This document shows positions 29,523 through 39,898 of a DNA stretch of 64,000 nucleotides, piece by piece (position 1 is the stretch's first letter; each line of letters starts with the position of its first letter). The position numbers and the translations under genes were made by a program. This stretch comes from Nostoc sp. TH1S01 (GTDB lineage: Bacteria > Cyanobacteriota > Cyanobacteriia > Cyanobacteriales > Nostocaceae). Where the stretch lies: positions 20,609 through 84,608 of the forward strand of contig JAGKSW010000002.1 in the NCBI GenBank assembly GCA_018993265.1, read 5' to 3'. Below the pieces are notes generated by a model. That model saw nothing but the letters and a program-made list of their open reading frames with translations, was not told where the DNA came from and searched no databases.

Positions 29523-31787
29523 ATGAGCGGCATAGCTACTAGTACTTCAATTGACGTGACACTTCCAGAATGGCTCAACAAATGTTTACGAGAGTCATCA
29601 CCCAGAAGTGTGGAACCAGAAGACCGAAGGCAGAATGATGCATCGTTAATTTGTCGAGCATTTTCCTTTGCCTATCAACTCCATCATGGACAATTTCGCA
29701 AATCTGGAGAACCGTACATTTATCATCCCGTTGCCGTAGCTGGTTTGCTACGTGATTTAGGGGGTAGTCCTGCTATGATAGCAGCTGGATTTCTTCATGA
29801 TGTAGTTGAAGATACAGATGTCACAATTGAAGAAATAGAAGAGTTATTTGGCTCAGAAGTACGGCAGTTAGTTGAAGGTGTAACGAAGCTTTCTAAAATT
29901 AATTTCAAAAGTAAAACCGAAAGCCAAGCCGAAAATTTCCGCCGGATGTTTTTGGCAATGGCGCAAGATATCAGAGTAATTGTAGTCAAGTTAGCAGATC
30001 GTTTGCATAATATGCGAACTCTGCAATATATGTCTGAAGATAGCCGTCGTCGCAGCGCCCAAGAAACGCGAGATATCTTCGCACCTTTAGCCAACCGCTT
30101 AGGTATTTGGCATATTAAGTGGGAACTAGAAGATTTGGCTTTTAAATATCTGGAACCAGATGCTTTTCGCCAAATGCAGCAACATGTTTCCGAAAAACGC
30201 ACGGCGCGGGAAGAGAAATTAGCCAAAGCCACAGAAATTTTGCGAGAACGTTTGCCACAAGCTGGAATTCGCTGTTTAGATATTAGTGGTCGTCCCAAAC
30301 ATTTGTACAGCATTTATCAAAAAATGCAGCGACAGCAAAAAGAATTTCATGAAATTTATGATTTAGCGGCGCTGCGAATTATTGTCGAAACCAACGAAGA
30401 ATGTTATCGGGCTTTGGCGGTTGTCCATGATGCGTTTCGCCCTATTCCCGGCAGATTTAAAGATTATATCGGCTTACCCAAACCCAATCGTTATCAGTCT
30501 TTGCACACAGGCGTAATTGGTTTAACTGGTCGTCCTTTAGAAATCCAAATTCGCACCCTCGAAATGCACCATATCGCCGAATATGGTATTGCAGCCCATT
30601 GGAAGTACAAAGAAACAGGTGGTTCTAATAGCCCGTTGACAGCGGCTGATGAAAAGTTTACTTGGTTACGGCAATTATTAGAATGGCAAAGCGACCTGAA
30701 AGATGCCCAAGAATATTTAGATAGCGTCAAAGATAACTTATTTGAAGATGATGTTTATGTCTTCACGCCCAAGGGTGATGTTATATCTTTAAATCCTGGT
30801 TCTACTAGTATAGATTTTGCCTATCGCATCCATACAGAAGTCGGCAACCATTGTGCAGGTGCAAGGGTAAATGGGCGGATAGTACCTTTATCTACAAGGT
30901 TACAAAATGGCGATATTGTCGAAATTATTACCCAAAAGAATAGCCATCCGAGTTTGGACTGGTTGAATTTTGTCAGAACTTCCACAGCCAAATATCGAAT
31001 TAAGCAATGGTACAAGCGATCGCGCCGCGAAGAAAACGTTACCCGTGGGCGAGACTTGTTAGAAAAAGAACTCGGTAAAACTGGTTTTGATAATCTGCTG
31101 AAATCAGATGCAATGCAGACTGTCGCAGAAAAATGCAACTATCACAGCGTTGAAGATTTACTCGCAGGTTTGGGTTATGGCGAAATTACCTTAAATTTAG
31201 TCCTAAATCGCTGGCGGGATGTCGTCAAAGCACAGCAACCTGCGACAATGGTCATACCACCATTTGTCCCCAAAGAATCATCAGCCAAAGCTTTACGGGA
31301 TGTTCCCCACAGTAGTTCCCGCGCCAGCGATTCGCCGATTCTCGGTGTTGAGGGTTTGGTGTATCATCTGGCGGGGTGTTGTACACCAATTCCAGGAGAA
31401 TCAATTATTGGCGTAGTTACCCGCGGTCGGGGAATTTCTATCCATCGCCAAGGCTGTCATAATTTGGATAATGTCGAAGGCGATCGCCTAGTGCCTGTAA
31501 AATGGAATTCGGCTGTGGAAAATAGTTCTCGCCCCCACACTTACCCAGTTAATATCCAAATCGAAGCCCTAGACCGTGTAGGCGTTTTAAAAGATATTTT
31601 ATCGCGGTTAAGTGACCAAGGTATTAATGTCCGTCATGCCCAAGTCAAAACAGCCAGTGGACAACCAGCCTTAATGGACTTAGGTATAGATATACGCGAT
31701 CGGCCGCAACTTGAACAAGTGTTCGTTCAAATTAAAAAAATGAGCGACATCATCAATATTCGCCGCGTCGGTCAAGCAGAGGAGTAG
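29523..31787 (+). CDS. relA: Bifunctional (p)ppGpp synthetase/hydrolase
   Basis: HD motif (FLHDVVED), KLADRLHNMRTL, YQSLHT, EIQIRT; TGS and ACT domains. Confidence 0.96.
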   Translation: MSGIATSTSIDVTLPEWLNKCLRESSPRSVEPEDRRQNDASLICRAFSFAYQLHHGQFRKSGEPYIYHPVAVAGLLRDLGGSPAMIAAGFLHDVVEDTDVTIEEIEELFGSEVRQLVEGVTKLSKINFKSKTESQAENFRRMFLAMAQDIRVIVVKLADRLHNMRTLQYMSEDSRRRSAQETRDIFAPLANRLGIWHIKWELEDLAFKYLEPDAFRQMQQHVSEKRTAREEKLAKATEILRERLPQAGIRCLDISGRPKHLYSIYQKMQRQQKEFHEIYDLAALRIIVETNEECYRALAVVHDAFRPIPGRFKDYIGLPKPNRYQSLHTGVIGLTGRPLEIQIRTLEMHHIAEYGIAAHWKYKETGGSNSPLTAADEKFTWLRQLLEWQSDLKDAQEYLDSVKDNLFEDDVYVFTPKGDVISLNPGSTSIDFAYRIHTEVGNHCAGARVNGRIVPLSTRLQNGDIVEIITQKNSHPSLDWLNFVRTSTAKYRIKQWYKRSRREENVTRGRDLLEKELGKTGFDNLLKSDAMQTVAEKCNYHSVEDLLAGLGYGEITLNLVLNRWRDVVKAQQPATMVIPPFVPKESSAKALRDVPHSSSRASDSPILGVEGLVYHLAGCCTPIPGESIIGVVTRGRGISIHRQGCHNLDNVEGDRLVPVKWNSAVENSSRPHTYPVNIQIEALDRVGVLKDILSRLSDQGINVRHAQVKTASGQPALMDLGIDIRDRPQLEQVFVQIKKMSDIINIRRVGQAEE

Positions 31788-31798
31788 GTTGTTTTTGA

Positions 31799-31950
31799 GG
31801 TGACAGGTGATAGGTGACAGGTGATAGGTGACAGGTGATAGGTGATAGGAGTAGACAATATTTACTCAGCACTCAGCACTCAGCACTCAAAACTCAGCAC
31901 TCAGCACTCAGCACTCAGCACTCAGCACTCAGCACTCAAAACTCAGCACT
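31799..31950. repeat. STRR arrays (GGTGA[C/T]A x7; ACTCAGC-type x~12)
   Basis: Tandem heptamers between the convergent genes. Confidence 0.9.
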
Positions 31951-34040
31951 TTGCGATAAAAACTTTCTAACCCAGCAACACAAGCCTGGTCATCAAATAA
32001 TAAATGATGACGCTGGCTGATTTTTTCGGCGATGTGGTTTCGCCAAGTTGAGTCTCGTCCCAACTTAACGGCGATATCAATATATTCTGCTTCATTGGCG
32101 GCGATGGTTTCAGTCACTCCCAGCATTGTGAGAAAGCTATCTGAGTGACGACCACGCATAAATTCTCCTGGACAAGTAACAACAGGGAGATTACAAGCGA
32201 TCGCTTCTAAGGTAGTATTACCACCAGACCAAGTAAAAGTATCTAAATAAACATCTGATAGTAAGTTAATCATCAGATAATCCAGGCGATCGGGAATATT
32301 TAAAAATACACAGTAATCTTCACTGTTTAAACCTATCGCTGCAAAAGCACGTTGTAGGCGCGACCGCAGTAAAGTTCCTCGCAAAAATACAAATTTAGCT
32401 TGCGGAACCCGACGTGCTATTTCTGCCAAAATAAAATCATATTGCGGCAAATATTTAAACGGTGCTTGGCAACATAAATAAATCACCGCATCATCTGAAA
32501 GCTGAAAATCTGAACGAGTTTTGATGATGGGCGGAATATAAGGTTTGGGGTAAGATACACCAATATTAGGTAAGCGAATTAATTTTTCCGAATAATGTTC
32601 TTGGGCATTTTCCGGTTCCATTAACTCGCTAGATAAAAAATAATCAATTGTTGGTAAACCAGTTGTTACCGGATGTCCCCACGCTACACATTGCACAGGC
32701 GCAAGTCTGAGTCCAGCAATTTGCATAGTTTGTGGGTTCATGCCAATTTCTGGAAACACTAAAATATGTAAATTATCTGCAAGTATTTGTTCACAAACTC
32801 CAGGCAAGTTAGAAGGAATATGGTGAAAAACATCACTATATTCTTGAAATTGTTCTGTAACTGGATCTGGTTCATTACCTATATAGTAACAGTAAATTTC
32901 AAAGAGTTGATGATTACAATACCTTAGCCAACCAGTTAACCATAATGTGCCACTATAAGAATGTAAATAATAAGAAAGATAGCCAACACGAATTTTTTGC
33001 TGTGGCTGGAGTTTTAGTATAGGCAAAGGCGCAACCCATTGGGGATAGTTAGCCGCCATAATGTCATGCACTAACTGTCCATATTGACTTTGTAAATCTC
33101 GGTCATTTTGGGCTTGATAAGATAAATAAAAATTAGTCAGGCAACCTATACCATTTAAAGCATTAATTTTTTCTTCTGGAGTATTTAAGCTGGTGTTTTG
33201 AATTAAATCTTGTAAGCCTTGAGTGTAACGCTGACGATAAAAATCAATTTCCTCTGCATTATCATAAATGCTAGGTACTGTTAAATATTTCAAAAGCTTA
33301 AAAGTATAATCATCCGGCAAGCATATACAAGCATCTTCCGCACTAACAATTGCGTCTTGTGTTCGACCATCACGCCGCAAATCGATGATTAAAGAAAAAT
33401 GCAAACTCCCTTCTGTGGGGTAGAGTGCGATCGCCTCATTTAATGTTCTATAATACTCATCTGTTAACTGAGAATTTCTATAGCAATGAATTAAGTTCCA
33501 GTAAATTTCTAAGCTATGGATTTGTAATCCTAGCAGTTTTTGATATTGTGCGATCGCTCCTTGCCAATATCCTATTTGAAATAATCTACTGGCTAAATCA
33601 TAAATTAGTTGAAATATCGATATCTTACAGAATTCATCGATTGAATATTCTGGAATATTAGCAGCTATTTCTTGATTGAAATTATCTAAAATAATTCGCG
33701 CATGAACTTGATTAGATATCATCTCCCACTGATGAACATCCGAACTATCAACAAGAGAAACTTCACAACCTGCACTAATATCAGCATCATCCGCCATCAG
33801 CAGATTCATCAATACCCCAGACAACACTAAATTAGCAACATCTTCCGCAACATTACTTATATCAATCATTAAATTAATCTGAGTGCTGACAGGATGATTA
33901 TTTACTGCCTGAATTACATTCTCTAAATCTTGATAAATAGTGTCTTCTGCTTGTGACCAATCAAGAAAAATAATTATATTAATATTATTAGTATTCAAAA
34001 AATCTGAATCATTCCTTACTTCTTCTGTTGTAATAATCAA
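31929..34040 (-). CDS. TPR-containing O-GlcNAc-transferase-like (SPINDLY/GT41) protein
   Basis: IRVGYLS, LVFPEIGM, APVQCVAWGHPVTTGLPTIDYFLS, DTFTWSGGNTTLEA. Confidence 0.88.
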   Translation of the reverse strand: MIITTEEVRNDSDFLNTNNINIIIFLDWSQAEDTIYQDLENVIQAVNNHPVSTQINLMIDISNVAEDVANLVLSGVLMNLLMADDADISAGCEVSLVDSSDVHQWEMISNQVHARIILDNFNQEIAANIPEYSIDEFCKISIFQLIYDLASRLFQIGYWQGAIAQYQKLLGLQIHSLEIYWNLIHCYRNSQLTDEYYRTLNEAIALYPTEGSLHFSLIIDLRRDGRTQDAIVSAEDACICLPDDYTFKLLKYLTVPSIYDNAEEIDFYRQRYTQGLQDLIQNTSLNTPEEKINALNGIGCLTNFYLSYQAQNDRDLQSQYGQLVHDIMAANYPQWVAPLPILKLQPQQKIRVGYLSYYLHSYSGTLWLTGWLRYCNHQLFEIYCYYIGNEPDPVTEQFQEYSDVFHHIPSNLPGVCEQILADNLHILVFPEIGMNPQTMQIAGLRLAPVQCVAWGHPVTTGLPTIDYFLSSELMEPENAQEHYSEKLIRLPNIGVSYPKPYIPPIIKTRSDFQLSDDAVIYLCCQAPFKYLPQYDFILAEIARRVPQAKFVFLRGTLLRSRLQRAFAAIGLNSEDYCVFLNIPDRLDYLMINLLSDVYLDTFTWSGGNTTLEAIACNLPVVTCPGEFMRGRHSDSFLTMLGVTETIAANEAEYIDIAVKLGRDSTWRNHIAEKISQRHHLLFDDQACVAGLESFYRKVLSFEC

Positions 34041-34133
34041 TTTATCTTCTCCTTATTTTTAAACTAGAGTGAGTGCTTTAATACTAAAGCACTCACAATC
34101 AATGAAAAATTATTCAGACTGTTAGTTCATACT

Positions 34134-37100
34134 TTATAAAACACAAAGTTGATTAATAAAGCTATCTAGTTCGCAAGTCGGTAGTGCTTCTATTGGTAGT
34201 TCTGCTAAAGCCGCTTTATCTTCATGTTCTAGAATAATTCGGATGTTGAGACGAGGTAATAAAGCTTGCCATTGAATATCTGCTAAACTGCCAACCAAAG
34301 AAATTTCTAATCCCTCGCTGATATCTAAATCTTCTTCCATCAAAAGATTCATGGTAATTCCAGAAAGTAACAGTTCTGCATCCTCAGCAGAGATATGACT
34401 TGTGCAAATTAATAAAGTAGTTTTTTGACTATCGGGATAAGTTGCGATCGCCTTAATTACAGATTCTAACTCTAAACCAAGTACCTCTTCCGATTGTGAC
34501 CAATCTGGAAACACAATTACATTAATTTCCTTAAGATTTAAAGATAGTAAACTGGCATTAATCAAAGCAGTACTGACTATGTTAGCCATTTTTGACCAAG
34601 AAAACTTTTGCGCTTGCAATAAACCAGCTTCAATCAATCTTTGACGAATACTAGGCTTTTGCACTTCACACAAAGCATTTGCTAGTCCATTTATATCATC
34701 ATCATTCACATATATTGCCGCCTCTCCTGCTACTTCTGGAATTGAAGCATTAGGACAAGTAATCACCGGACAACCACAAGCCATCGCTTCCACAATAGGC
34801 ATCCCAAAACCTTCATATTTAGAAGGATAAACCAATGCCACTGCACCAGAATAAGCCGTTGCTAACTCCTCATCACTAAGTTGCAACATATGAACAGCAC
34901 TACCTGATGTACAAGCTCTAAATTCAGGTGCTAATATCCCACCACTTCCTGTACAAACAATATCAAATCCATAGCTACTAGCAAGTTGAGAAAAGGCTTG
35001 AAAGAATAACATACTATTCTTATAACCATTTCCCGTACCAACTAAAAGAAAATAAGGTTTTGTAATACCATAGCTATTTTTAAATAAATGAATTTCTTCC
35101 TGTTTTACAGGTGCAAATACTTCATGATGAACTCCATTTTTAGCAATAGTTATAGCATCCAAAGCTATATCAGAAAAATATTTAACTAAATCCTGAGCAG
35201 TATTTTCAGAAACAGCAATATATGCTAATGCGTGCCTAATACCATAATGTTTTTCTTGCCACATAGGTTGATTTAAATTCCAACCCATAATTTCTGGGAT
35301 CATGTCATGCGCCATCAACACGGAAGATGTTGTTAATGGCGTTGTATAGTAAGAAGAAATAAATATATTTGCTCCAGTTTCATTACAAACTTGCTGGAGC
35401 ATTTCTCTGTCAGCATTAGTATTGTTATAGTCGTAAAGAGGTACATTAATATATCTCAGTCCAGAAATTTCAGGAGCCGTACCACCACGGTCAAGAAGAA
35501 TAATATATTTAGCAAATCCGTTATTTACCCATTGTTCTAACAAAGATTTCCAGACACGCGCTATTCCTGTTTGATAGAGTTGAAAAAATACGCCATCTAC
35601 TAAAATTAACGCTGTTTCTTTCGGTTTATTTTCTAGGATTTTCTGTATTTCATCAGGCTGTAAAAACTGCCAAGTATTACTGCTAACTTCTCTTTGAGCA
35701 ATAGGAACTATGTCGTATGAATCGGCGAGAGCAACCTTTGTTTCATCTCGCACCCAAGGAAAATATTCTCTTAAGAGAACTGGAAACTGAGTAACTTCTT
35801 GTAAAGTGTTCCACAGTGAAACAGCATTTTTATAACCGTAATATTGCTCTTTAAAACTCAATTGTTCTTTTGTAACATAGGCAAAATGTTGAAAAACCAA
35901 ACCGCAGTCTTCAGTTTCTTGATGTAGAAAAGGATTAACTGCTGCTACATTCTTAGATTGATTATTAGGTAAAGGCTCTACTAAAACAGGAGGTTCGTGT
36001 GCAGCCCAATATGCTCCTGGTTTAAATCTCCAAGTTCTTAACCATTCTTGTTGAGGATTTTGTGCATAACAATTGCGGGTACTAATAATAAGTTTTTCCC
36101 CTACAAAATACCAACACCAATAGAAAGCAGATGTTTTCTCTGGGTTACTAGTGAACATTTCTCTAGCAGTACAAAGCTGCTCTAATGTCCACAATTCATC
36201 CACATCAATTTGCCACAGTAAACATTCTTCTAGAATATTTGCAATTGGCGCATTTACCATTTCCAGTTTTCCGTCCCAGAAAACACCCTCCGGTTTTCGA
36301 TAAACAGTAACATTGTCAGGATAAAGTCTCGCTAGGTCATCGATATATTCTGTAGTACCGTCATAGCTGCGCCCATTTCTATGGATGTCATCACTAATAT
36401 AGCCACCAAGTTGAGCGCACCACGCTGTATCATGCTTTAAATCTGCTACTCCTTCAACAATGTGCCAATGCCACTTAAAAGGTAATTGTTTAAAAACATC
36501 AATATGGTAACGGATAAACGGTTGCCCATTAAGAACAATAGTAAAGAAATGAATTGGCAGAGATTTTGTAGCATCTAAACTTTTTTGTCCACAAGCCAAA
36601 CTTGAGGAGTATTGATGATTAACTAGTAGGTATTTAGCAGTTTTATGCCAAGTGCGTTCCGTCCCAGGCCAAGTATGGATAACATCATGAAATGCTATCC
36701 AACCGCCAGATTTCACCAACGGGAAAGACATTTCAAAATCTTTTATAACATCTAAATATTGGTGAGAACCATCAATAAAAATCAAATCGATATATTTATT
36801 ATTAGTTAATTCTTCCCAACGGTTTAATATTTCATAAGAATAACCACGTAGTGGAATAACATATTGTTCAAGATTGTTGACTTGAACATTGTGCTGCCAA
36901 ATTTCAAAAAAATTTCGTTCGGAAAAATCAGAATCATTTCCATCCCATGTATCAATGGCGTAAATTTTACGGTTTGTTCCTAAGCAAGCATAAGCCATTG
37001 CTACTGTTGAGCGACCTTTGAAAGAACCAATCTCAACTATTACAGCATCGTTAGGGAGAGATTTTACCTTATTGAACAGGTATTCTTCCTGCCCAGGTAT

Positions 37101-37169
37101 CATAAATCCTGAAATACTCTCAACAGCAGATTGGATAGTTTGATAGTTATTGATTGTAGAGATTGTCAT
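34134..37169 (-). CDS. Multidomain class I SAM methyltransferase plus glycosyltransferases (GT-A-like and GT4/GT-B)
   Basis: VEIGSFKGRS/FIDGSHQY (Methyltransf_24-like); LWQIDVDE (DxD); YPSKYEGFGMPIVEAMACG (GT4). Confidence 0.88.
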   Translation of the reverse strand: MTISTINNYQTIQSAVESISGFMIPGQEEYLFNKVKSLPNDAVIVEIGSFKGRSTVAMAYACLGTNRKIYAIDTWDGNDSDFSERNFFEIWQHNVQVNNLEQYVIPLRGYSYEILNRWEELTNNKYIDLIFIDGSHQYLDVIKDFEMSFPLVKSGGWIAFHDVIHTWPGTERTWHKTAKYLLVNHQYSSSLACGQKSLDATKSLPIHFFTIVLNGQPFIRYHIDVFKQLPFKWHWHIVEGVADLKHDTAWCAQLGGYISDDIHRNGRSYDGTTEYIDDLARLYPDNVTVYRKPEGVFWDGKLEMVNAPIANILEECLLWQIDVDELWTLEQLCTAREMFTSNPEKTSAFYWCWYFVGEKLIISTRNCYAQNPQQEWLRTWRFKPGAYWAAHEPPVLVEPLPNNQSKNVAAVNPFLHQETEDCGLVFQHFAYVTKEQLSFKEQYYGYKNAVSLWNTLQEVTQFPVLLREYFPWVRDETKVALADSYDIVPIAQREVSSNTWQFLQPDEIQKILENKPKETALILVDGVFFQLYQTGIARVWKSLLEQWVNNGFAKYIILLDRGGTAPEISGLRYINVPLYDYNNTNADREMLQQVCNETGANIFISSYYTTPLTTSSVLMAHDMIPEIMGWNLNQPMWQEKHYGIRHALAYIAVSENTAQDLVKYFSDIALDAITIAKNGVHHEVFAPVKQEEIHLFKNSYGITKPYFLLVGTGNGYKNSMLFFQAFSQLASSYGFDIVCTGSGGILAPEFRACTSGSAVHMLQLSDEELATAYSGAVALVYPSKYEGFGMPIVEAMACGCPVITCPNASIPEVAGEAAIYVNDDDINGLANALCEVQKPSIRQRLIEAGLLQAQKFSWSKMANIVSTALINASLLSLNLKEINVIVFPDWSQSEEVLGLELESVIKAIATYPDSQKTTLLICTSHISAEDAELLLSGITMNLLMEEDLDISEGLEISLVGSLADIQWQALLPRLNIRIILEHEDKAALAELPIEALPTCELDSFINQLCVL

Positions 37170-37220
37170 TGGTGTGGATTTTTAATTCTTTAATTATTAG
37201 TGGTTAATTATTGTTTATAG

Positions 37221-39353
37221 CTACAGATAACACTCAAATTTACCTTGATAATTAGCAAAAAATGTATTTATATAATTGAGTGTTTCTTCTGCGGATAAGT
37301 TATGAATTTCTTCGACATTAGAATTCCAAGGAAATTTCTGTTTGCGGTCGGCACGATTTAGATATCCTGTTTTGTAAGCCTCCTCTGGTGTGAGTGAAGC
37401 ATAAGGACTAATTTCCTGGGGAATTAAAAACGCATTATTGTAATGTAGTTCTACCAGTGAATAATTATATTTCTCACAAAGAAGATAAAGTTGGCAGATA
37501 CTTTGTCCATAAAAATGGTCATTAGCCCAAACGTAACTAGGTTGCCATTTGACGGTAAATTTTAAAGGTGGGGGAATTTTTTCATTAATTTCAGTACAAA
37601 TTATAGATGGTCTAAATTCTGTTAAAATTGCATCTAATACAAAGTAATCATAACCATCAATATCAAGGTTTAAGAAACCAAATTTTTCTGGAACGTTATG
37701 GGCTTTTAGTAAAGAAATTACGTTATCTGGTGTCACCATTGATTTACTCAGATTAACATTAGGAAAATGTTGATAGTGATTAGCCAAATAAGCGAACTTG
37801 GTACTGTCATACTCTACGGCTAATCCAGACCAACCTTGTTGATAAAGAAAATATGTATTTGACATAGTGAGGCCATCACTAGCAGCTATGTCTACGCAAC
37901 AATTATTTTCTAAATTTAAGATATTTATATATTTTTCAATTACACTTTCTTCATCTAAATGAGAATATTGCAATTGGCGAACTTTATTCTTCTGCTCGCT
38001 ATATTGTGGAGCAATTTCTTTAATTTGTTCTCGAATGAGTGAGGCTACATCATGATCTGCGATCGCATCTCGTCTTTCTGCTTCAATTTCTAGAATTTGT
38101 AAGAGTTCTGCTGTCAAATTATCAATTTGTTCACTCTCAGCTTCTGAAATTCCCAAAAACCAAGTTGCTTGTGCTTCTACTTCGTTATTCTGTAATAATA
38201 GTAATAAACCTAAATACCAATAGTTAATTTTATCCTCAAAACCACCTTCTATTAATTGTTCGTATAAACTAGCTGCTTTTTGATATTCACCTAGTAATAA
38301 ATGTTGGTAGGCTATTTTCTGTAAATAGGGTTGCTCATTCAAATTAAAATTATCTATAAAATAAGATTGGTATTGATAACTGCTGCTATATTCCCTAATT
38401 TTTTCAATTATGGGTAAAGAAGCTAGTATGTCACCCTGTTCAAGTATGCCAGGAACATAAGCTAAACTCTCAATGATATTATCAGCAAAGTTATATTTAT
38501 CATCTTGCCCATATTGCAGAGTCAAATATACCAACAATTCCAAAGCATAGTCTGGGAAACTTAAAACATCAGCAATACAAGCTAGTTTAAAAATTCTTTC
38601 TGATGTTTTAATATTAGTACTCAAGTCTTCTCTGAGAAAATCACGAAAATAAAAAGCATCTCCCCAAACCATTGCGCCTTGATGCTTTTTTGATATGACT
38701 GGCATTTTCCGAATATCACGATGCAGATGAGTTAAATCAAATAGAGTAAAACCATATTTTTTTAAATATATATCCAGTTCGCTAAATAAAGGTTGCCCTG
38801 TATATATCTCTGTAAATTCAACTTCTGAGATTATCCCTAAAGTTCCCTGATTTAAAATCCAAGAAGCTCCTTCTAATACAGGAAGTTCTGCTCCCTGAAT
38901 ATCAAGTTGAATAAAATCTATTTCTCCAATGCCTTGTGACTGACAAAAATCATCTAAAGTTGTAGTTTCAACTTCCTGAGTATAAGCTAATTTGATTAAT
39001 TCTGAATTGCCGGCGAAATGTTCAATATAATATTCACTGGGAGGATATAACGAACTACATCCCGGATAATTAGTTATATATAATGTAGATTTACCTTCGC
39101 ACTTCCATAGAGCCAAAGGTATATGTTTTTCATTCCAATTAACTTTTCTAGCTTCAAGCTCATCATTTGCTACTTTGCAAGCTTCTACATCGGCATCAAG
39201 CCCATAAATAGTCAAATTAGGAGCAAAAATTTCCCATCCTTGACTTCCATAGTCATCTTGAACTGCTATCTTGCGAGAGCCAACTACAGCTACAGTAATA
39301 TGAATTTGCTCTAGATATCCACTTTTTTTTAAGCTGGGAAGAAATAGTGACAT
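37221..39353 (-). CDS. FkbM-family methyltransferase with two MTase-like domains and a TPR-like linker
   Basis: IDFIQLDIQGAELPVLEGA; second domain VDIAASDG...LNLDIDGYDYFVL. Confidence 0.85.
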   Translation of the reverse strand: MSLFLPSLKKSGYLEQIHITVAVVGSRKIAVQDDYGSQGWEIFAPNLTIYGLDADVEACKVANDELEARKVNWNEKHIPLALWKCEGKSTLYITNYPGCSSLYPPSEYYIEHFAGNSELIKLAYTQEVETTTLDDFCQSQGIGEIDFIQLDIQGAELPVLEGASWILNQGTLGIISEVEFTEIYTGQPLFSELDIYLKKYGFTLFDLTHLHRDIRKMPVISKKHQGAMVWGDAFYFRDFLREDLSTNIKTSERIFKLACIADVLSFPDYALELLVYLTLQYGQDDKYNFADNIIESLAYVPGILEQGDILASLPIIEKIREYSSSYQYQSYFIDNFNLNEQPYLQKIAYQHLLLGEYQKAASLYEQLIEGGFEDKINYWYLGLLLLLQNNEVEAQATWFLGISEAESEQIDNLTAELLQILEIEAERRDAIADHDVASLIREQIKEIAPQYSEQKNKVRQLQYSHLDEESVIEKYINILNLENNCCVDIAASDGLTMSNTYFLYQQGWSGLAVEYDSTKFAYLANHYQHFPNVNLSKSMVTPDNVISLLKAHNVPEKFGFLNLDIDGYDYFVLDAILTEFRPSIICTEINEKIPPPLKFTVKWQPSYVWANDHFYGQSICQLYLLCEKYNYSLVELHYNNAFLIPQEISPYASLTPEEAYKTGYLNRADRKQKFPWNSNVEEIHNLSAEETLNYINTFFANYQGKFECYL

Positions 39354-39403
39354 AATGATAAATAAAAATTAAATTTTTTGATTATTTTGAACTAGCGATC
39401 GCT

Positions 39404-39787
39404 CTAATTTTGCTGCTTTTTTACCTGCTCTAAAACAGTTTTGTAATCTTGTCTGTCAGGATGCAGTTTGACTAACTTTTCCATCAGCGCGATCGCACCT
39501 TTGGTATCTTTTAATTGCAGTCGCGCTATAGCTAATTTCTCTAAAGCAACTTGGTTGTTTGGTTCTCTTTGCAAAACTAGTTCATATCCCTGTGCTTGTT
39601 GCTGTAAAAAAGACTCAACAGATACATTCTTAGGCTGAGGCTGCTGATGTGTTTGTTGTAATCCGTTAATCACACCAAATACGGTAGAACCAACGAAAGA
39701 TACTAAACCCACTAACGTTAAAATCTTTTTCTTTCGTTCAATTTTCTTTTGACGGGAAATAATATAATCATCCCCAGAACTAGACAT
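39404..39787 (-). CDS. Membrane-anchored TPR protein
   Basis: TM helix followed by YELVLQREPNNQVALEKL (TPR-like). Confidence 0.8.
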   Translation of the reverse strand: MSSSGDDYIISRQKKIERKKKILTLVGLVSFVGSTVFGVINGLQQTHQQPQPKNVSVESFLQQQAQGYELVLQREPNNQVALEKLAIARLQLKDTKGAIALMEKLVKLHPDRQDYKTVLEQVKKQQN

Positions 39788-39898
39788 GTCTCAATAGTTG
39801 CTGTCATAAATACTGAGATTCCAGCAAGCCTCCAGTTATGAGAGTACCCATCACCCTAGGGAAACTATCATCAAGGCTGTAAAGTTTTGCTAATTCAT

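Noticed and set aside
31799-31950. Tandem repeats as a possible CRISPR array
   Set aside because: These are 7-bp STRR units without spacers, and there are no cas genes in the window. The same applies to 63606-63890.
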